From: Escherichia phage vB_EcoM_VR26
Length of the DNA: 64,000 nt
Sequence record: NC_028957.1
Strand: one strand, 5' to 3'
The position numbers were made by a program, and so were the translations under genes. Numbering within the stretch: the stretch's first letter is position 1; each line of letters opens with the position of its first letter. Under the pieces are notes generated by a model. The model ran no database searches, was not told the origin of the DNA, and saw nothing but the letters and a program-made list of their open reading frames with translations. Positions 28,470-38,360 of the stretch are shown piece by piece.

Positions 28470-29419
28470 TTCATTTCCCCAGCCAGTTGAGCAAACAAGT
28501 AGGTCAGGTGAACTTCGGTGTTCGCCGCCAGCCCGTGATACTGATTGTTCTCACCCACAATTTCATACATACGGATGATGCTTGCACCGGTCAGTTTGCC
28601 GTACATTTCATCAGCGAGCTTGGCAATGAAGTTTGAATAATCATTTGCAAATTTCGGCGCCAGACCACGAAGAACTTTAAAGTTACGGTCTTTAAGGGCA
28701 TCAATCACATCATCGATTGGAGTGCGATTATTTGTCACGATACTTAAGATACCAGAATCGATAACACCCTTCGCAGAGTAACGGTCAAGCTCGTTAATTG
28801 TCTTACGCAAGTCCGGGAAGTTATGCTTAACCAGGGCAGCAACAACTTTCAGGTCTTCGATTTCAACACCTTCGTTCTTACAGATAGCCACTGAACGATG
28901 AATCATCTGCTTAAGCATGGAGGTACGGTCTTCATCGGTTGACTCACCGAATTTAATCACACGACAACGGGACTGTAATGGAGTGATGATACCATCGATG
29001 TTGTTCGCGGTCATAATGATAGAACAGTTACTTGAATAAGCTTCCATGAAACTACGAAGATGTCGCTGGGATTCCGCCAGACCCGCCCGGTCAAACTCAT
29101 CGATAACGATTACCTTACGGCGCCCTTCGATTGATTTGGATGATGCAAAGCGAGTCAATTCATTACGCACAAAGTCAATTCGGCAATCGGAGCCGTTAAC
29201 AAACAGCATATCAGAATTCGTATCCGCGCACATAGCTTTCGCAACTGTTGTCTTACCAGTGCCAGGGGAACTACTGACCAGAATCAAGTTAGGAATCAAA
29301 CCTTTTTTAACAATCGCCTCTAACGTTTCTTTATCATGAGCCGGTAGAATACACTCTGATAATGTACCTGGGCGGTATTTTTGTTCCCACATGAATTCTT
29401 TGTCATTAACCGTTAACAT
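28460..29419 (-). CDS. 44: clamp loader ATPase subunit
   Basis: 319 aa; Walker A SPGTGKTT; close to recalled T4 gp44. Confidence 0.9.
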   Translation of the reverse strand: MLTVNDKEFMWEQKYRPGTLSECILPAHDKETLEAIVKKGLIPNLILVSSSPGTGKTTVAKAMCADTNSDMLFVNGSDCRIDFVRNELTRFASSKSIEGRRKVIVIDEFDRAGLAESQRHLRSFMEAYSSNCSIIMTANNIDGIITPLQSRCRVIKFGESTDEDRTSMLKQMIHRSVAICKNEGVEIEDLKVVAALVKHNFPDLRKTINELDRYSAKGVIDSGILSIVTNNRTPIDDVIDALKDRNFKVLRGLAPKFANDYSNFIAKLADEMYGKLTGASIIRMYEIVGENNQYHGLAANTEVHLTYLFAQLAGEMKWL

Positions 29420-29452
29420 ATATTTTCCTCATTAGTTTCTACTCAATACTCC

Positions 29453-29470
29453 ATGGGGCCGAAGCCCCAT
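29453..29470 (-). promoter_or_regulatory. stable hairpin between genes 45 and 44 without U-tract
   Basis: atggggc-cgaa-gccccat 4 nt after gene 45 stop, followed by leader/SD of gene 44. Confidence 0.4.
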
Positions 29471-29473
29471 TTA

Positions 29474-30169
29474 TTAATCTTGGAATTCGTGGCTAGAGCC
29501 TTGTTCCATTGCAATCACATAACTTGCTTGTGTGCCTTCAAACTTCGTAGCAAATTTATCATCTTTCGCCCAAAGCATAACACGGTAATCAGCCGGAATC
29601 ATTTTCATGTTCAGTTTGTTAATGATAAATTTAAACGCTGCATCGCCTTCGTAATCACCACACACTAGGGAATACAATGGGCGCGCTAATTCTTTATCTT
29701 CGAGCTGGTTATAACCATGGATAACAATCTTACCATCTTTGTTGGTGATAGCAAAAGTATCCAGAGACAAACCGCCAGCCACACGCAGAAGCTGCTGCAG
29801 GTCACTACCTTTCAGGTCAAAGATAACCTTAGCTACCGGGAAAGGAATCTTCTTAGCAGGGAACACGATAGTGCTCGGGTCAGCTGCAGGCCAGTGAATC
29901 GTTGAACGTTGGTCTTTGATAATGATGTTTGATGCATCTTCAGCCAGAGATACTTCAGCTTGGTCAGTTACCAGGCCCAGGATACTTAAGAAGCCGTTCA
30001 GGTCATAAATTGCAGCTTCAAAGTCAATTGTATCATTGATTTCAGATTCACCATATGACGCTCCAGTTACGGAACGAGTCAGGATGGTATTACCTGGTTT
30101 AAGCATAATGCCAGAGTAGATGGAGGTGAAGTTTTTCAGAACTGCGATGGTGTCACGACTAAATTTCAT
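29474..30169 (-). CDS. 45: sliding clamp
   Basis: 231 aa; collinear with recalled T4 gp45. Confidence 0.9.
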   Translation of the reverse strand: MKFSRDTIAVLKNFTSIYSGIMLKPGNTILTRSVTGASYGESEINDTIDFEAAIYDLNGFLSILGLVTDQAEVSLAEDASNIIIKDQRSTIHWPAADPSTIVFPAKKIPFPVAKVIFDLKGSDLQQLLRVAGGLSLDTFAITNKDGKIVIHGYNQLEDKELARPLYSLVCGDYEGDAAFKFIINKLNMKMIPADYRVMLWAKDDKFATKFEGTQASYVIAMEQGSSHEFQD

Positions 30170-31053
30170 TTCATTTTCCTATTAACATAATAATTTGACC
30201 AGGACCGGATTGCACCCTGATAATTTTCATCATTAAACCCATGTTCAATGGCGTGTTTTCTAAACGTAATATACCCCGGTTGTCCTAAAGCATTCCACAA
30301 TGTTTTAAGTTCATCTTCATACTGCAACCAGGTTCCCCTTGCTTTGGATTTCCTAAATTTTTCTTTAAATTCAGGACTAGCATTTCTTTCAGTTGCTCGT
30401 TTTGAAGCCTTTATTCTATTATCTGAATTATTCCAATATTCAGTAATTGATTTTAAATATTTTTCGTATACTTCAGATGTATTCATTATAGCTTTGAATT
30501 TTAAAGCATACTCGGCATCTTTATAACGATTTTTGACTTCAATAGACCTTGCTTGTCGAGCTTCGGCAGTCCAATATTCTTTTTGAAAGTCTTTAATTGC
30601 TTGAATGTGCTTATCCGAAATTGAGCAATCTTTACGAACACCAACATAATCAGATGTAAGTTCGGATGGATGCAATTTAACAACTTTACCTGTTTTCAAG
30701 TTTCGGTATGGAGCATATCCAGGAGCATCATACCGGCTTTGGTCGTGAGCATACGTTTTATTAAAGTACTTCTCATTGGTTACAGCTTTAACTGACATTT
30801 GAAAAATATTTTCTATTTTTCTTGGGTCCTGCTTTGTTTCCCCAATGATAGTAACGATATAGTCGCCGCTATCAATCAATTCATTATACAACTTAGTGTA
30901 TTTTGAATTCGGCGAACCTGTATAAATTTTATTATTTTTGTCGAGAATATTTTGACCGTTAAATGTCGCATCAACCTTTGAACCAATATAATAACAAGGG
31001 AATTCGTTATTTTGTTCCCTTGTTATAAAGGTTATTTTATAAATCAAATTCAC
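30166..31053 (-). CDS. GIY-YIG homing endonuclease (Seg-like)
   Basis: 295 aa; N-terminal IYKITFI...YYIGS GIY-YIG motif; AT-rich; stop overlaps gene 45 start (ATGA). Confidence 0.6.
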   Translation of the reverse strand: MNLIYKITFITREQNNEFPCYYIGSKVDATFNGQNILDKNNKIYTGSPNSKYTKLYNELIDSGDYIVTIIGETKQDPRKIENIFQMSVKAVTNEKYFNKTYAHDQSRYDAPGYAPYRNLKTGKVVKLHPSELTSDYVGVRKDCSISDKHIQAIKDFQKEYWTAEARQARSIEVKNRYKDAEYALKFKAIMNTSEVYEKYLKSITEYWNNSDNRIKASKRATERNASPEFKEKFRKSKARGTWLQYEDELKTLWNALGQPGYITFRKHAIEHGFNDENYQGAIRSWSNYYVNRKMK

Positions 31054-31475
31054 GCAACAACTGCCATTTGTTTGCGGATAGCTTCCGGAAGAGATTCAAT
31101 ATACTCTGGAAGTTGCGCAGCAATAATAGAACCAGCTTGGACCAGGTGGTCATCGAAGTCAACACAGTAATCATCTTCGAGACGTTCGGAGCCGTCACGG
31201 TCGATAACCAGTTTAGCACCAGCTGCCAGAGATTCGGTGTAATGACGTTGCATCAGTTCAATCCACTTATCAGATACATCAGTATCGATAACACCATACA
31301 GCATAAATTTAACTTCTTGAGGAAGTGATTTCAGACGGGTAGCCGATACTTCATCACATGCCAGGACCCAGGATTTACGGATGCGGTTTTGGTTATGTGG
31401 GTTAGCGTCAGTGCGGATGGTTTTAACTTGGATATCTTTAGCAGTTACGTTGTTCATAATATTCTCTCTATTCAA
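31050..31475 (-). CDS. hypothetical protein (rpbA position)
   Basis: 141-aa ORF between 45 and 46; synteny only. Confidence 0.4.
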   Translation of the reverse strand: MNRENIMNNVTAKDIQVKTIRTDANPHNQNRIRKSWVLACDEVSATRLKSLPQEVKFMLYGVIDTDVSDKWIELMQRHYTESLAAGAKLVIDRDGSERLEDDYCVDFDDHLVQAGSIIAAQLPEYIESLPEAIRKQMAVVA

Positions 31476-31480
31476 TTCAA

Positions 31481-31732
31481 TTAATCAAAGTATTCATATG
31501 CGAACCAGGCTTTGTGTCTGTTCGCGATTATTTTAACATATTCTTCACCGAAAGCGTTTTGCAAGTCACGTTCAGTAACTAGGTGTTCATCTTTCGAAAA
31601 GGTATTAACTAACACATATCGTTTAATTTCGGGGACAGCTAGTAAATGCTGCCCGGTTAAGAAGTCAGCCATAGCAGCCTCTATTATAACATCCTTGTTT
31701 AAAGCATTATTCCATAACAGTGAATCGACCAA
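31481..31732 (-). CDS. hypothetical protein
   Basis: 83-aa ORF. Confidence 0.4.
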   Translation of the reverse strand: MVDSLLWNNALNKDVIIEAAMADFLTGQHLLAVPEIKRYVLVNTFSKDEHLVTERDLQNAFGEEYVKIIANRHKAWFAYEYFD

Positions 31733-33401
31733 CTTTTTTCATCTGGAGATGTTGCCCGTATGCTTCCGGGTCATGGTCTCGGTGACTGATAATAAAGATG
31801 TTGGTGTCTTCCAATTTGTTCAGGATGGTAGCAATTGCTTTAACACCCTCTACATCAGTAGCTGAATCGAAAACTTCGTCCAGAATCAATGTGTTGATAT
31901 TGACACCAGATACTTTTGCAGCAATATCACGCCATGTAAACAGCAATGCAATATCGATACGAGCTTTTTCACCCTGGCTAAATGATGCATAGCTAAAGTC
32001 TTCACGCCCACGAGATTTAATCGTTTCGTTGAATTCTTCATCAAGCGTAAAACTATAATCAGCTTCCATAACTTTCAGATAAGCATTAATTTGCTTATTA
32101 AAGATAGGAATATATTTCTTAATAATCGCGCCTTTGATTCCAGAATCTTTCAACATATCCGTTAAGATACCACGTTGATATTTTTCCATAACAAGGTTTG
32201 ATTTCTGTTTGACTATTTTATCAAGCTGGTCTTGAAGCGTTTTAATATCATCGGCATGGTCAATGAATTCAGACTTAGCTTGTTCAATTAACGTCTTAAC
32301 CTTTTTAGCTTTATCCACAGTCTGGATTAACGTTTGTTTCTTAGTTTGAATCTCTTGAGCTATTGTACGTTGGTTTTGTCTTGCTTCAGCGTACGCATCA
32401 AATCGTTCCTGAATGGAGGCCTGGAGAGCTTTATGGCTATCAGACTCACGATTATACTCTTCAATCTTTGTCTCAATCCTGGGGACTATGGAGTCTCCTG
32501 GCGACAATTGACTCAAACACGTTTGGCAACAACCGCCTTTCTCGTACAAACCGATTACCTTACGGAAGCTATCGATTTTCGATTTAATCAGGAACGATTC
32601 TTGCTTGACTTTCGTCAGTTCCTGTTCAGGGTCTTCACCCAAAATAATCTCGGTCAATCTTGTCGTTGCTTCATCAATCGTTGATTTGATATCACGAGCT
32701 TCTGAAGCCAAATCATCATACATCGTTTGCAGTCGTAGCAGATTATCACCGGATAATTTTTTCTGCTTTTCAACGTTGTCCTGGTAGATTTTAATCTGTT
32801 GCACAACACCATCATGCTGAACGTCAATCACCTGGATTTGACTGTTGACTTCACGGATAAGAGATTTGTTGAGCTTATCCATATCAGCCAGTACAGAAAC
32901 CTCTAGCAGGTCTTCGACGAGTTTTCTTCTTGCAGGAGTGGATAGGCCCATGAAAGGGGTATATCCAGCTGTGCCGAGTACGACAATCTGTTTGAAACTG
33001 GCGTATGACATTCCGATAAGCTGTTCAAATTCTGCTTGGAAGTCTTTACTGCTGGCAGATTCATCAAGACGTTCACCGCCACAAGAGATTTCAAAAACAT
33101 TGGGTTTTTGCCCACGTTTGATATAGTATTCTTTGCCATCATATTCCATCCACAATTCAACGAGCATATCTTTTTTGTTGCTCGAGTTAATCAACTGCCC
33201 TTTCTTAACATCACGAAAAGGCTTACCAAACAATGCAAATGTAACGGCTTCAAGGAAGGTTGATTTACCTGCACCGTTCTTACCGGTCACCAGAGTTTTC
33301 TGGACCTTATCGAGTTGAACCGTAATTGCTTGTGCTCCAACTGACATAATATTTTTATAGATAACTTTCTTTAGCTTAAAAGTCTTCATCGTAATAAGCA
33401 T
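31707..33401 (-). CDS. 46: recombination nuclease ATPase subunit (Rad50/SbcC-like)
   Basis: 564 aa; Walker A GKNGAGKST; collinear with recalled T4 gp46. Confidence 0.9.
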   Translation of the reverse strand: MLITMKTFKLKKVIYKNIMSVGAQAITVQLDKVQKTLVTGKNGAGKSTFLEAVTFALFGKPFRDVKKGQLINSSNKKDMLVELWMEYDGKEYYIKRGQKPNVFEISCGGERLDESASSKDFQAEFEQLIGMSYASFKQIVVLGTAGYTPFMGLSTPARRKLVEDLLEVSVLADMDKLNKSLIREVNSQIQVIDVQHDGVVQQIKIYQDNVEKQKKLSGDNLLRLQTMYDDLASEARDIKSTIDEATTRLTEIILGEDPEQELTKVKQESFLIKSKIDSFRKVIGLYEKGGCCQTCLSQLSPGDSIVPRIETKIEEYNRESDSHKALQASIQERFDAYAEARQNQRTIAQEIQTKKQTLIQTVDKAKKVKTLIEQAKSEFIDHADDIKTLQDQLDKIVKQKSNLVMEKYQRGILTDMLKDSGIKGAIIKKYIPIFNKQINAYLKVMEADYSFTLDEEFNETIKSRGREDFSYASFSQGEKARIDIALLFTWRDIAAKVSGVNINTLILDEVFDSATDVEGVKAIATILNKLEDTNIFIISHRDHDPEAYGQHLQMKKVGRFTVME

Positions 33402-33639
33402 CCTTGATGCAAGATTCTGCCATATGAATTAATGTCTCTGGTGTATCATCTTCCATTACATTAAAGCTAAATTCTACAGCCCAATCAGTGACTACATAGA
33501 CTTTGATAAGTTGACCGGTTTCCCGGTCAGTAATGGCTTCAAACCAATACTTAATAGTATTCGGTTGGTTATCATCGTCAACCACATCACATTCGCGGAT
33601 ATGTTCAAGACCCGCTTCATTAAAATCATAAAGTCTCAC
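33376..33639 (-). CDS. hypothetical protein (46.1 position)
   Basis: 87-aa ORF between 46 and 47. Confidence 0.45.
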   Translation of the reverse strand: MRLYDFNEAGLEHIRECDVVDDDNQPNTIKYWFEAITDRETGQLIKVYVVTDWAVEFSFNVMEDDTPETLIHMAESCIKDAYYDEDF

Positions 33640-34655
33640 GGTTGCACCTCAAGGTATAATTTGTTGGCCAATGCTTTAAGAGCTTTTGATTCTTTTTCAT
33701 TGGCATCAGGTAATGCATCGATATATTCTGCCATCATATCCGTTAAGCGTTTTATGTCTAGCTCTTCATCAGCATCTGTTGTGTCTACACTATTGTCAAC
33801 CTTATTGACAATACGCAAGTCATGCACGCGCTTTTCTAATTCAGATTCAAACTTGGTCAGTTCTTTATCGACTTTTTCTACAATAACACGGACTGATAAG
33901 TCTTTGAAGTCGTCGTAGTTAATAGTTTCGTTTGGATAGAAAATCTTCCGATGCCAGGTGGTTTCATTTGGAATAAATTTCATCTCTTCGGTTTCTGTAT
34001 CGAATTCCCAGAACCCGCGAGGGTCGTTCTCATCGCCTGCTGTTAATGTCCATGGTGTACCGATGTACTTAACGTTTGCAGCTTCTGAAATGGTATGGAA
34101 GTGTCCAGACCAAACTTGCTTGTACTTCTTAAGGAAATCAGGCTCAAGCCCGTGTGATTTCAATCCTTTATAGAAATAAAACCCGGTTAATTCCCAGTGA
34201 CCAATGCAATATTCAGCACCAGAAGTTTTGATGTGTTGATGAATGTCAGTTGCGTTCTCATCGCACATCCATGGAATCATATCGATGGATACACCATCAA
34301 AATCAACAGTTGTTGGCTTATCGTAGATTTTAACATGGTCATACTTATTCAGGAGTTCGGTGATAGCGTTAGGATGAATCTTATTCTTTAGATTCATGTC
34401 ATGGTTCCCGATTATCGTGTGCAGAGTAATTCCTGCTTCACGAAGGAGTTCCATAATCTCACGGCTGAATTCCATCGTCTTATGCGTCACGGCCTTACGG
34501 ACATCAAAGATATCACCGTATTGAATCCAGACTTTAATTCCATTCGCCTTAGAATATGCAATCGCCTGTAAAATACCATCGCGTTGAATGTTTTGAGCCC
34601 ATGGGTCGTCAGCTTTGACACCCAAGTGCCAATCACCTAAATTTAAAATTTTCAT
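33636..34655 (-). CDS. 47: recombination nuclease subunit (Mre11/SbcD-like)
   Basis: 339 aa; phosphoesterase motifs DWHLG, GNHD, GHWE. Confidence 0.9.
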   Translation of the reverse strand: MKILNLGDWHLGVKADDPWAQNIQRDGILQAIAYSKANGIKVWIQYGDIFDVRKAVTHKTMEFSREIMELLREAGITLHTIIGNHDMNLKNKIHPNAITELLNKYDHVKIYDKPTTVDFDGVSIDMIPWMCDENATDIHQHIKTSGAEYCIGHWELTGFYFYKGLKSHGLEPDFLKKYKQVWSGHFHTISEAANVKYIGTPWTLTAGDENDPRGFWEFDTETEEMKFIPNETTWHRKIFYPNETINYDDFKDLSVRVIVEKVDKELTKFESELEKRVHDLRIVNKVDNSVDTTDADEELDIKRLTDMMAEYIDALPDANEKESKALKALANKLYLEVQP

Positions 34656-34696
34656 ATACTCTCCTCAGTTGGTTCATTTTATCATCCCGATTATAA

Positions 34697-34725
34697 AGCA
34701 AAAAAGGAAGCACTAGGCTTCCTTT
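34697..34725 (-). terminator. rho-independent terminator upstream of gene 47
   Basis: aggaagc-actag-gcttcct hairpin with A-run on plus strand. Confidence 0.45.
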
Positions 34726-34972
34726 CCAATTAATACACCGTACAGAGGTTCATGAGAAGACTTGAACTTGATGGGCTTATAGGTAATAGTACCTTCATTT
34801 TCTGCTTTAATACGAGCGGCTTCAAATTGAAGCATCATCTCATTTTTGTCAGATTTAATCTTATCAAAATCCGTCGAACTCGTCATTCATACGCCCTCTT
34901 AAACCTTTTCGTATTCGTCGTTCAATCTATTAAAAATCCGGATGTTCGTCATTCATTAACCTTCTCCAAATC

Positions 34973-35176
34973 CTACCATCGCATCCACCACTTCTTAAGC
35001 TGATGTGAATCTACCCAAACCTTGACTACAGGCTCAATCTGAAAAATACCATCAGACTGACGGCCAATCATTTTGTATTCGGTTTCGGTCTGCTTAATAC
35101 AGATATTACCATATGAGCGAAGTCTGAAAGCGGCTCCAACAAGAAGCCGTTTAAAAGGTTTATTTACTAATGCCAT
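34973..35176 (-). CDS. hypothetical small protein
   Basis: 67-aa ORF in the interval where T4 has alpha-gt. Confidence 0.3.
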   Translation of the reverse strand: MALVNKPFKRLLVGAAFRLRSYGNICIKQTETEYKMIGRQSDGIFQIEPVVKVWVDSHQLKKWWMRW

Positions 35177-35471
35177 TTACGATTTCCCAAATTTGCTTGC
35201 GAGTAGTTTCCCACATCAACTTAATCAGGTCTTCCGTAACTGGTTGGCGGTAAATTCCACGCAGTTTAACTAAAGCATATTTGTATGCTTCAAAATTGTT
35301 TTCCAGCACTGCCCCTTGAGCATGCTTATTCAGTCGTTCAATTTCACGAGCATTCTTTTTCAGAATCTTTGCTGCCTGGCTGGTAGCTTCGAGTGCGTTC
35401 GCTTCTTCGAGACGTTCCTGTGCTTCTTCAATCTGCTTATCGGTCAGTTGAGAAATATCTGGAGCTTGCAT
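35160..35471 (-). CDS. hypothetical protein
   Basis: 103-aa ORF. Confidence 0.45.
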   Translation of the reverse strand: MQAPDISQLTDKQIEEAQERLEEANALEATSQAAKILKKNAREIERLNKHAQGAVLENNFEAYKYALVKLRGIYRQPVTEDLIKLMWETTRKQIWEIVNGISK

Positions 35472-35472
35472 A

Positions 35473-35724
35473 TTAATCCTTGGGAGTTAACTCAATTGTA
35501 AAATATAGATTAGCATTATCCACATGATAACGGTAATCAACGTTATTATCCGGTGAAGTAAATTCCAGATTCCGGACGTTTAAAGGGTCGATATCAATTG
35601 GAAGACCTTTTATGTCTCGCAGATAAAGTTTAATGAAATATGGGAGCGCTGTAAAGTCTTCCTCGATTTTATCTAAAAAATCGGTAATATCAAATTGATG
35701 TTCCATATAAAAAATCCAAATCAC
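35473..35724 (-). CDS. hypothetical protein
   Basis: 83-aa ORF. Confidence 0.4.
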   Translation of the reverse strand: MIWIFYMEHQFDITDFLDKIEEDFTALPYFIKLYLRDIKGLPIDIDPLNVRNLEFTSPDNNVDYRYHVDNANLYFTIELTPKD

Positions 35725-36247
35725 CTTCTTTATCTTTGGCGCTCTTATCAGACCCTGGCGCTTTAACTAAGGAGGATTCGTACTGTGTCATTTTGTCATA
35801 GATGTCCTGGATAAATGTTTCGTCAGCCAGAGCCACCATATCGTCGTCACGTGAATCATACACGTTATGGACGAAGTAGCTATATTTCTTTGCCATTTCT
35901 TTACGTTCTTTTTTGATACGCTGAACGAAAGCATTGAAGCAAGCCATTGTTATGTAAGCATGTGGATTATCGTATTTTGTTTCGTCGAAGTTATGAAGAC
36001 CTTTTATTGCGGCCTCAATTCCGTCCGCTATCATTTCCTGCTTCCAAGATTGGGTATATCCTGAAAAGTTGAAACGTTTAGACAGACCTTCGGCTATAAG
36101 CATAATCGCCAGACCAATAACATCGTTCTGGCGAATAATTTTATTTGGGTCGGTATTTGCATTCAGCTTCTGTTTCCACTCCGAAATAGCTTTCAGAAGC
36201 TCTTTATTATTTACATAGTTATTCTTGGTTAATTTAATTTCGTTCAT
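35690..36247 (-). CDS. 55: late-transcription sigma factor
   Basis: 185 aa; long conserved block matches recalled T4 gp55. Confidence 0.88.
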   Translation of the reverse strand: MNEIKLTKNNYVNNKELLKAISEWKQKLNANTDPNKIIRQNDVIGLAIMLIAEGLSKRFNFSGYTQSWKQEMIADGIEAAIKGLHNFDETKYDNPHAYITMACFNAFVQRIKKERKEMAKKYSYFVHNVYDSRDDDMVALADETFIQDIYDKMTQYESSLVKAPGSDKSAKDKEGDLDFLYGTSI

Positions 36248-36295
36248 ATCGCCTCACTTAGTATATGAATATTATATCATCCTTGATACAAAGCG

Positions 36296-36562
36296 TTAGC
36301 GAAGTAAACAGTAAGCCTGGAAGACCTTCTCCATAATTGCCTTAAATTCGTGGATGTCAATATAAGGGATAACCTCAGCATCACTAATGAATTCCATCAG
36401 CCGGTCATGCTCTTCACGATAATAAGCTTCATTCAGCTTGCTGATATGAGATTCCCAGGAGCCATACCCTTCTGCACGTGGGAAGAATGTTATTTTCATG
36501 AATTCATCCACCCAAAACGTTCCCAGGTCCTGGACGGATATCATTGTATGATTGATGTGCAT
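36296..36562 (-). CDS. hypothetical protein
   Basis: 88-aa ORF. Confidence 0.4.
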   Translation of the reverse strand: MHINHTMISVQDLGTFWVDEFMKITFFPRAEGYGSWESHISKLNEAYYREEHDRLMEFISDAEVIPYIDIHEFKAIMEKVFQAYCLLR

Positions 36563-36828
36563 CAGTGCACCAATTGGGCAGCTTCTAAAACATCATCAAG
36601 CTTATCAAACTGGTCAACATAATCAATCCCGCCAACTTCATCTTTGGCATACAACCAATACTGCTTGAATTCGTATTCAATAATAAAGTGGTCGCCTTCA
36701 ATCTGGAGGGCACCAACATCATTAAATTGAACTGCATAACCCGTAAAGCGGATATCATTCAGGAGTTCTTCTTTCATAGTAATCATTTCCAGGTTTTTCT
36801 CATAATGAGAGAGTTTAATTTTAATCAT
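36562..36828 (-). CDS. hypothetical protein
   Basis: 88-aa ORF. Confidence 0.4.
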   Translation of the reverse strand: MIKIKLSHYEKNLEMITMKEELLNDIRFTGYAVQFNDVGALQIEGDHFIIEYEFKQYWLYAKDEVGGIDYVDQFDKLDDVLEAAQLVH

Positions 36829-37169
36829 TTCGCGCCCTTAACAATTTTCAGGTCAACAAAACCTTTCTTACGCTGGGAATTCATGCGCTTGATGGCTTTG
36901 TCAGAAACTTCTTTGTTTTCACGTGGGAGCGGCAGACCAAACGCTACTACATCAAATTCATTCAGGATATACTGGACAAGGCTTTCACGAATACGCGCTT
37001 TACCCATTGTCTGACCTTCTGCAATAATCAACTTCTGTACATCACCTTCCCACTGGTCCAGAATCTCAGGAGTAACGAAACCAGATTTCATCAGAGTGTT
37101 AACTTTAGCAAATGCGAAATTAGCGATGGTGTTAGTGATAGATGCAGTCATGATATATTCCTCAGTCAA
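36825..37169 (-). CDS. hypothetical protein
   Basis: 114-aa ORF. Confidence 0.45.
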   Translation of the reverse strand: MTEEYIMTASITNTIANFAFAKVNTLMKSGFVTPEILDQWEGDVQKLIIAEGQTMGKARIRESLVQYILNEFDVVAFGLPLPRENKEVSDKAIKRMNSQRKKGFVDLKIVKGAK

Positions 37170-37223
37170 TTAAATTAAAATTTTATTATCCTTGGGGTCA
37201 TTATACCATGACCCCGTTGGTTT

Positions 37224-37421
37224 TTACTGCGCTTTAGCACCTTTCCAGCCTTCGTACATCAATGCGGCCGATAATAATATTGTCCCTGCACATTTTGAAT
37301 AATAGAGATTCCAAAACCAGTTCAGAAAAACTTCATCATCAATACCTTGAGCTATCATATTTTCAAAGAACTGACGACGAGATTCAGCAATTCGCTGTGA
37401 TAATTTAGATTCAGGATTCAT
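37224..37421 (-). CDS. hypothetical small protein
   Basis: 65-aa ORF. Confidence 0.35.
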   Translation of the reverse strand: MNPESKLSQRIAESRRQFFENMIAQGIDDEVFLNWFWNLYYSKCAGTILLSAALMYEGWKGAKAQ

Positions 37422-37646
37422 TTAAATTTTCCAGTTACCGTTTTCATCAATAAATTTAATCCAGTCATTTACTGACCACTTAGTTGTATCGCCTTTTGGA
37501 GCAGAATTTAAAGTGTATAATCCTTGTTTAAAAAGCATTCGTTTAATATTCATGTTTTCCTCAGCTGTAACGATAACATTCGTTTGATTTACGCTTTGCA
37601 ACACGGTGAGAAGTATTATAATCCAAATCATCCTCAACGTATACAT
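37422..37646 (-). CDS. hypothetical small protein
   Basis: 74-aa ORF; overlaps 37561..37878, so one of the two starts is wrong. Confidence 0.3.
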   Translation of the reverse strand: MYTLRMIWIIILLTVLQSVNQTNVIVTAEENMNIKRMLFKQGLYTLNSAPKGDTTKWSVNDWIKFIDENGNWKI

Positions 37647-37878
37647 CTTTTTTCAACTGACGAACTTCTTTACGCAGTTGACGATTCATCTCATTCTTAA
37701 CTTCTGAATCAACACCACGCATACGCTTCCATTTGTCGGAACGGAAGATATTTTCGTTCAAAGTTTCTTCTGATACACCATCAGGCGCTTTACGTCTAGC
37801 TATGCAATTAAAATCTTTAGAAGACAAATCTTTACGACGAATAGTTTTACCCATAGTTACCTCAGCAGTTAGCGTCAA
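37561..37878 (-). CDS. hypothetical basic protein
   Basis: 105-aa ORF; start uncertain. Confidence 0.35.
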   Translation of the reverse strand: MTLTAEVTMGKTIRRKDLSSKDFNCIARRKAPDGVSEETLNENIFRSDKWKRMRGVDSEVKNEMNRQLRKEVRQLKKDVYVEDDLDYNTSHRVAKRKSNECYRYS

Positions 37879-38137
37879 TAAGATTTTTGATATACTGGAT
37901 ATCTTTGATACCCAAATCCAACTTAAGGTCTTCCAGACGTTCGCCCAGGGACAAAAAGGTTACATGCTTCCAATTTTTTATTGGGCAACAATAAGTCTTA
38001 GGACCATTTGCAATTTCAATATTCTTATCAGCGATGGTGAGAAAAATCAGACGCTCATCATCCAGATTAAGGGTAATGATATTTTTCATTGCGTGTAATT
38101 TAAGGCTCATGATTTGATTTCCTCTGCTACTGCACAA
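37862..38137 (-). CDS. hypothetical protein
   Basis: 91-aa ORF. Confidence 0.4.
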   Translation of the reverse strand: MCSSRGNQIMSLKLHAMKNIITLNLDDERLIFLTIADKNIEIANGPKTYCCPIKNWKHVTFLSLGERLEDLKLDLGIKDIQYIKNLIDANC

Positions 38138-38289
38138 AACACGCTACGGTCACACACCATCTGTGGGGCATCAGGCCAATTCAAAGGTTGATACCATACA
38201 TCCAGACTTGATATTTTAGTTACTTGAACAGGATAGCCATTTACAGAATAATACCGGTCAACTTTAATTTCTTTATCTTGAACAACCAT
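38107..38289 (-). CDS. hypothetical small protein
   Basis: 60 aa; ATG directly after conserved leader CATCAACTACTGATGAGGAAAAC. Confidence 0.5.
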   Translation of the reverse strand: MVVQDKEIKVDRYYSVNGYPVQVTKISSLDVWYQPLNWPDAPQMVCDRSVFCAVAEEIKS

Positions 38290-38320
38290 TTTGTTTTCCT
38301 CATCAGTAGTTGATGGGATA

Positions 38321-38360
38321 ATGATACATCATTCAAAGGGGCTTGTACACCCCTTTTTAA
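38321..38360 (-). promoter_or_regulatory. early promoter with TGTACA in hairpin loop, ATCAACTACTGATGAGG leader
   Basis: aaagggg-cttgtacac-cccttttt hairpin 38335-38360 after nrdH-like stop; leader runs into ATG at 38289. Confidence 0.5.
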
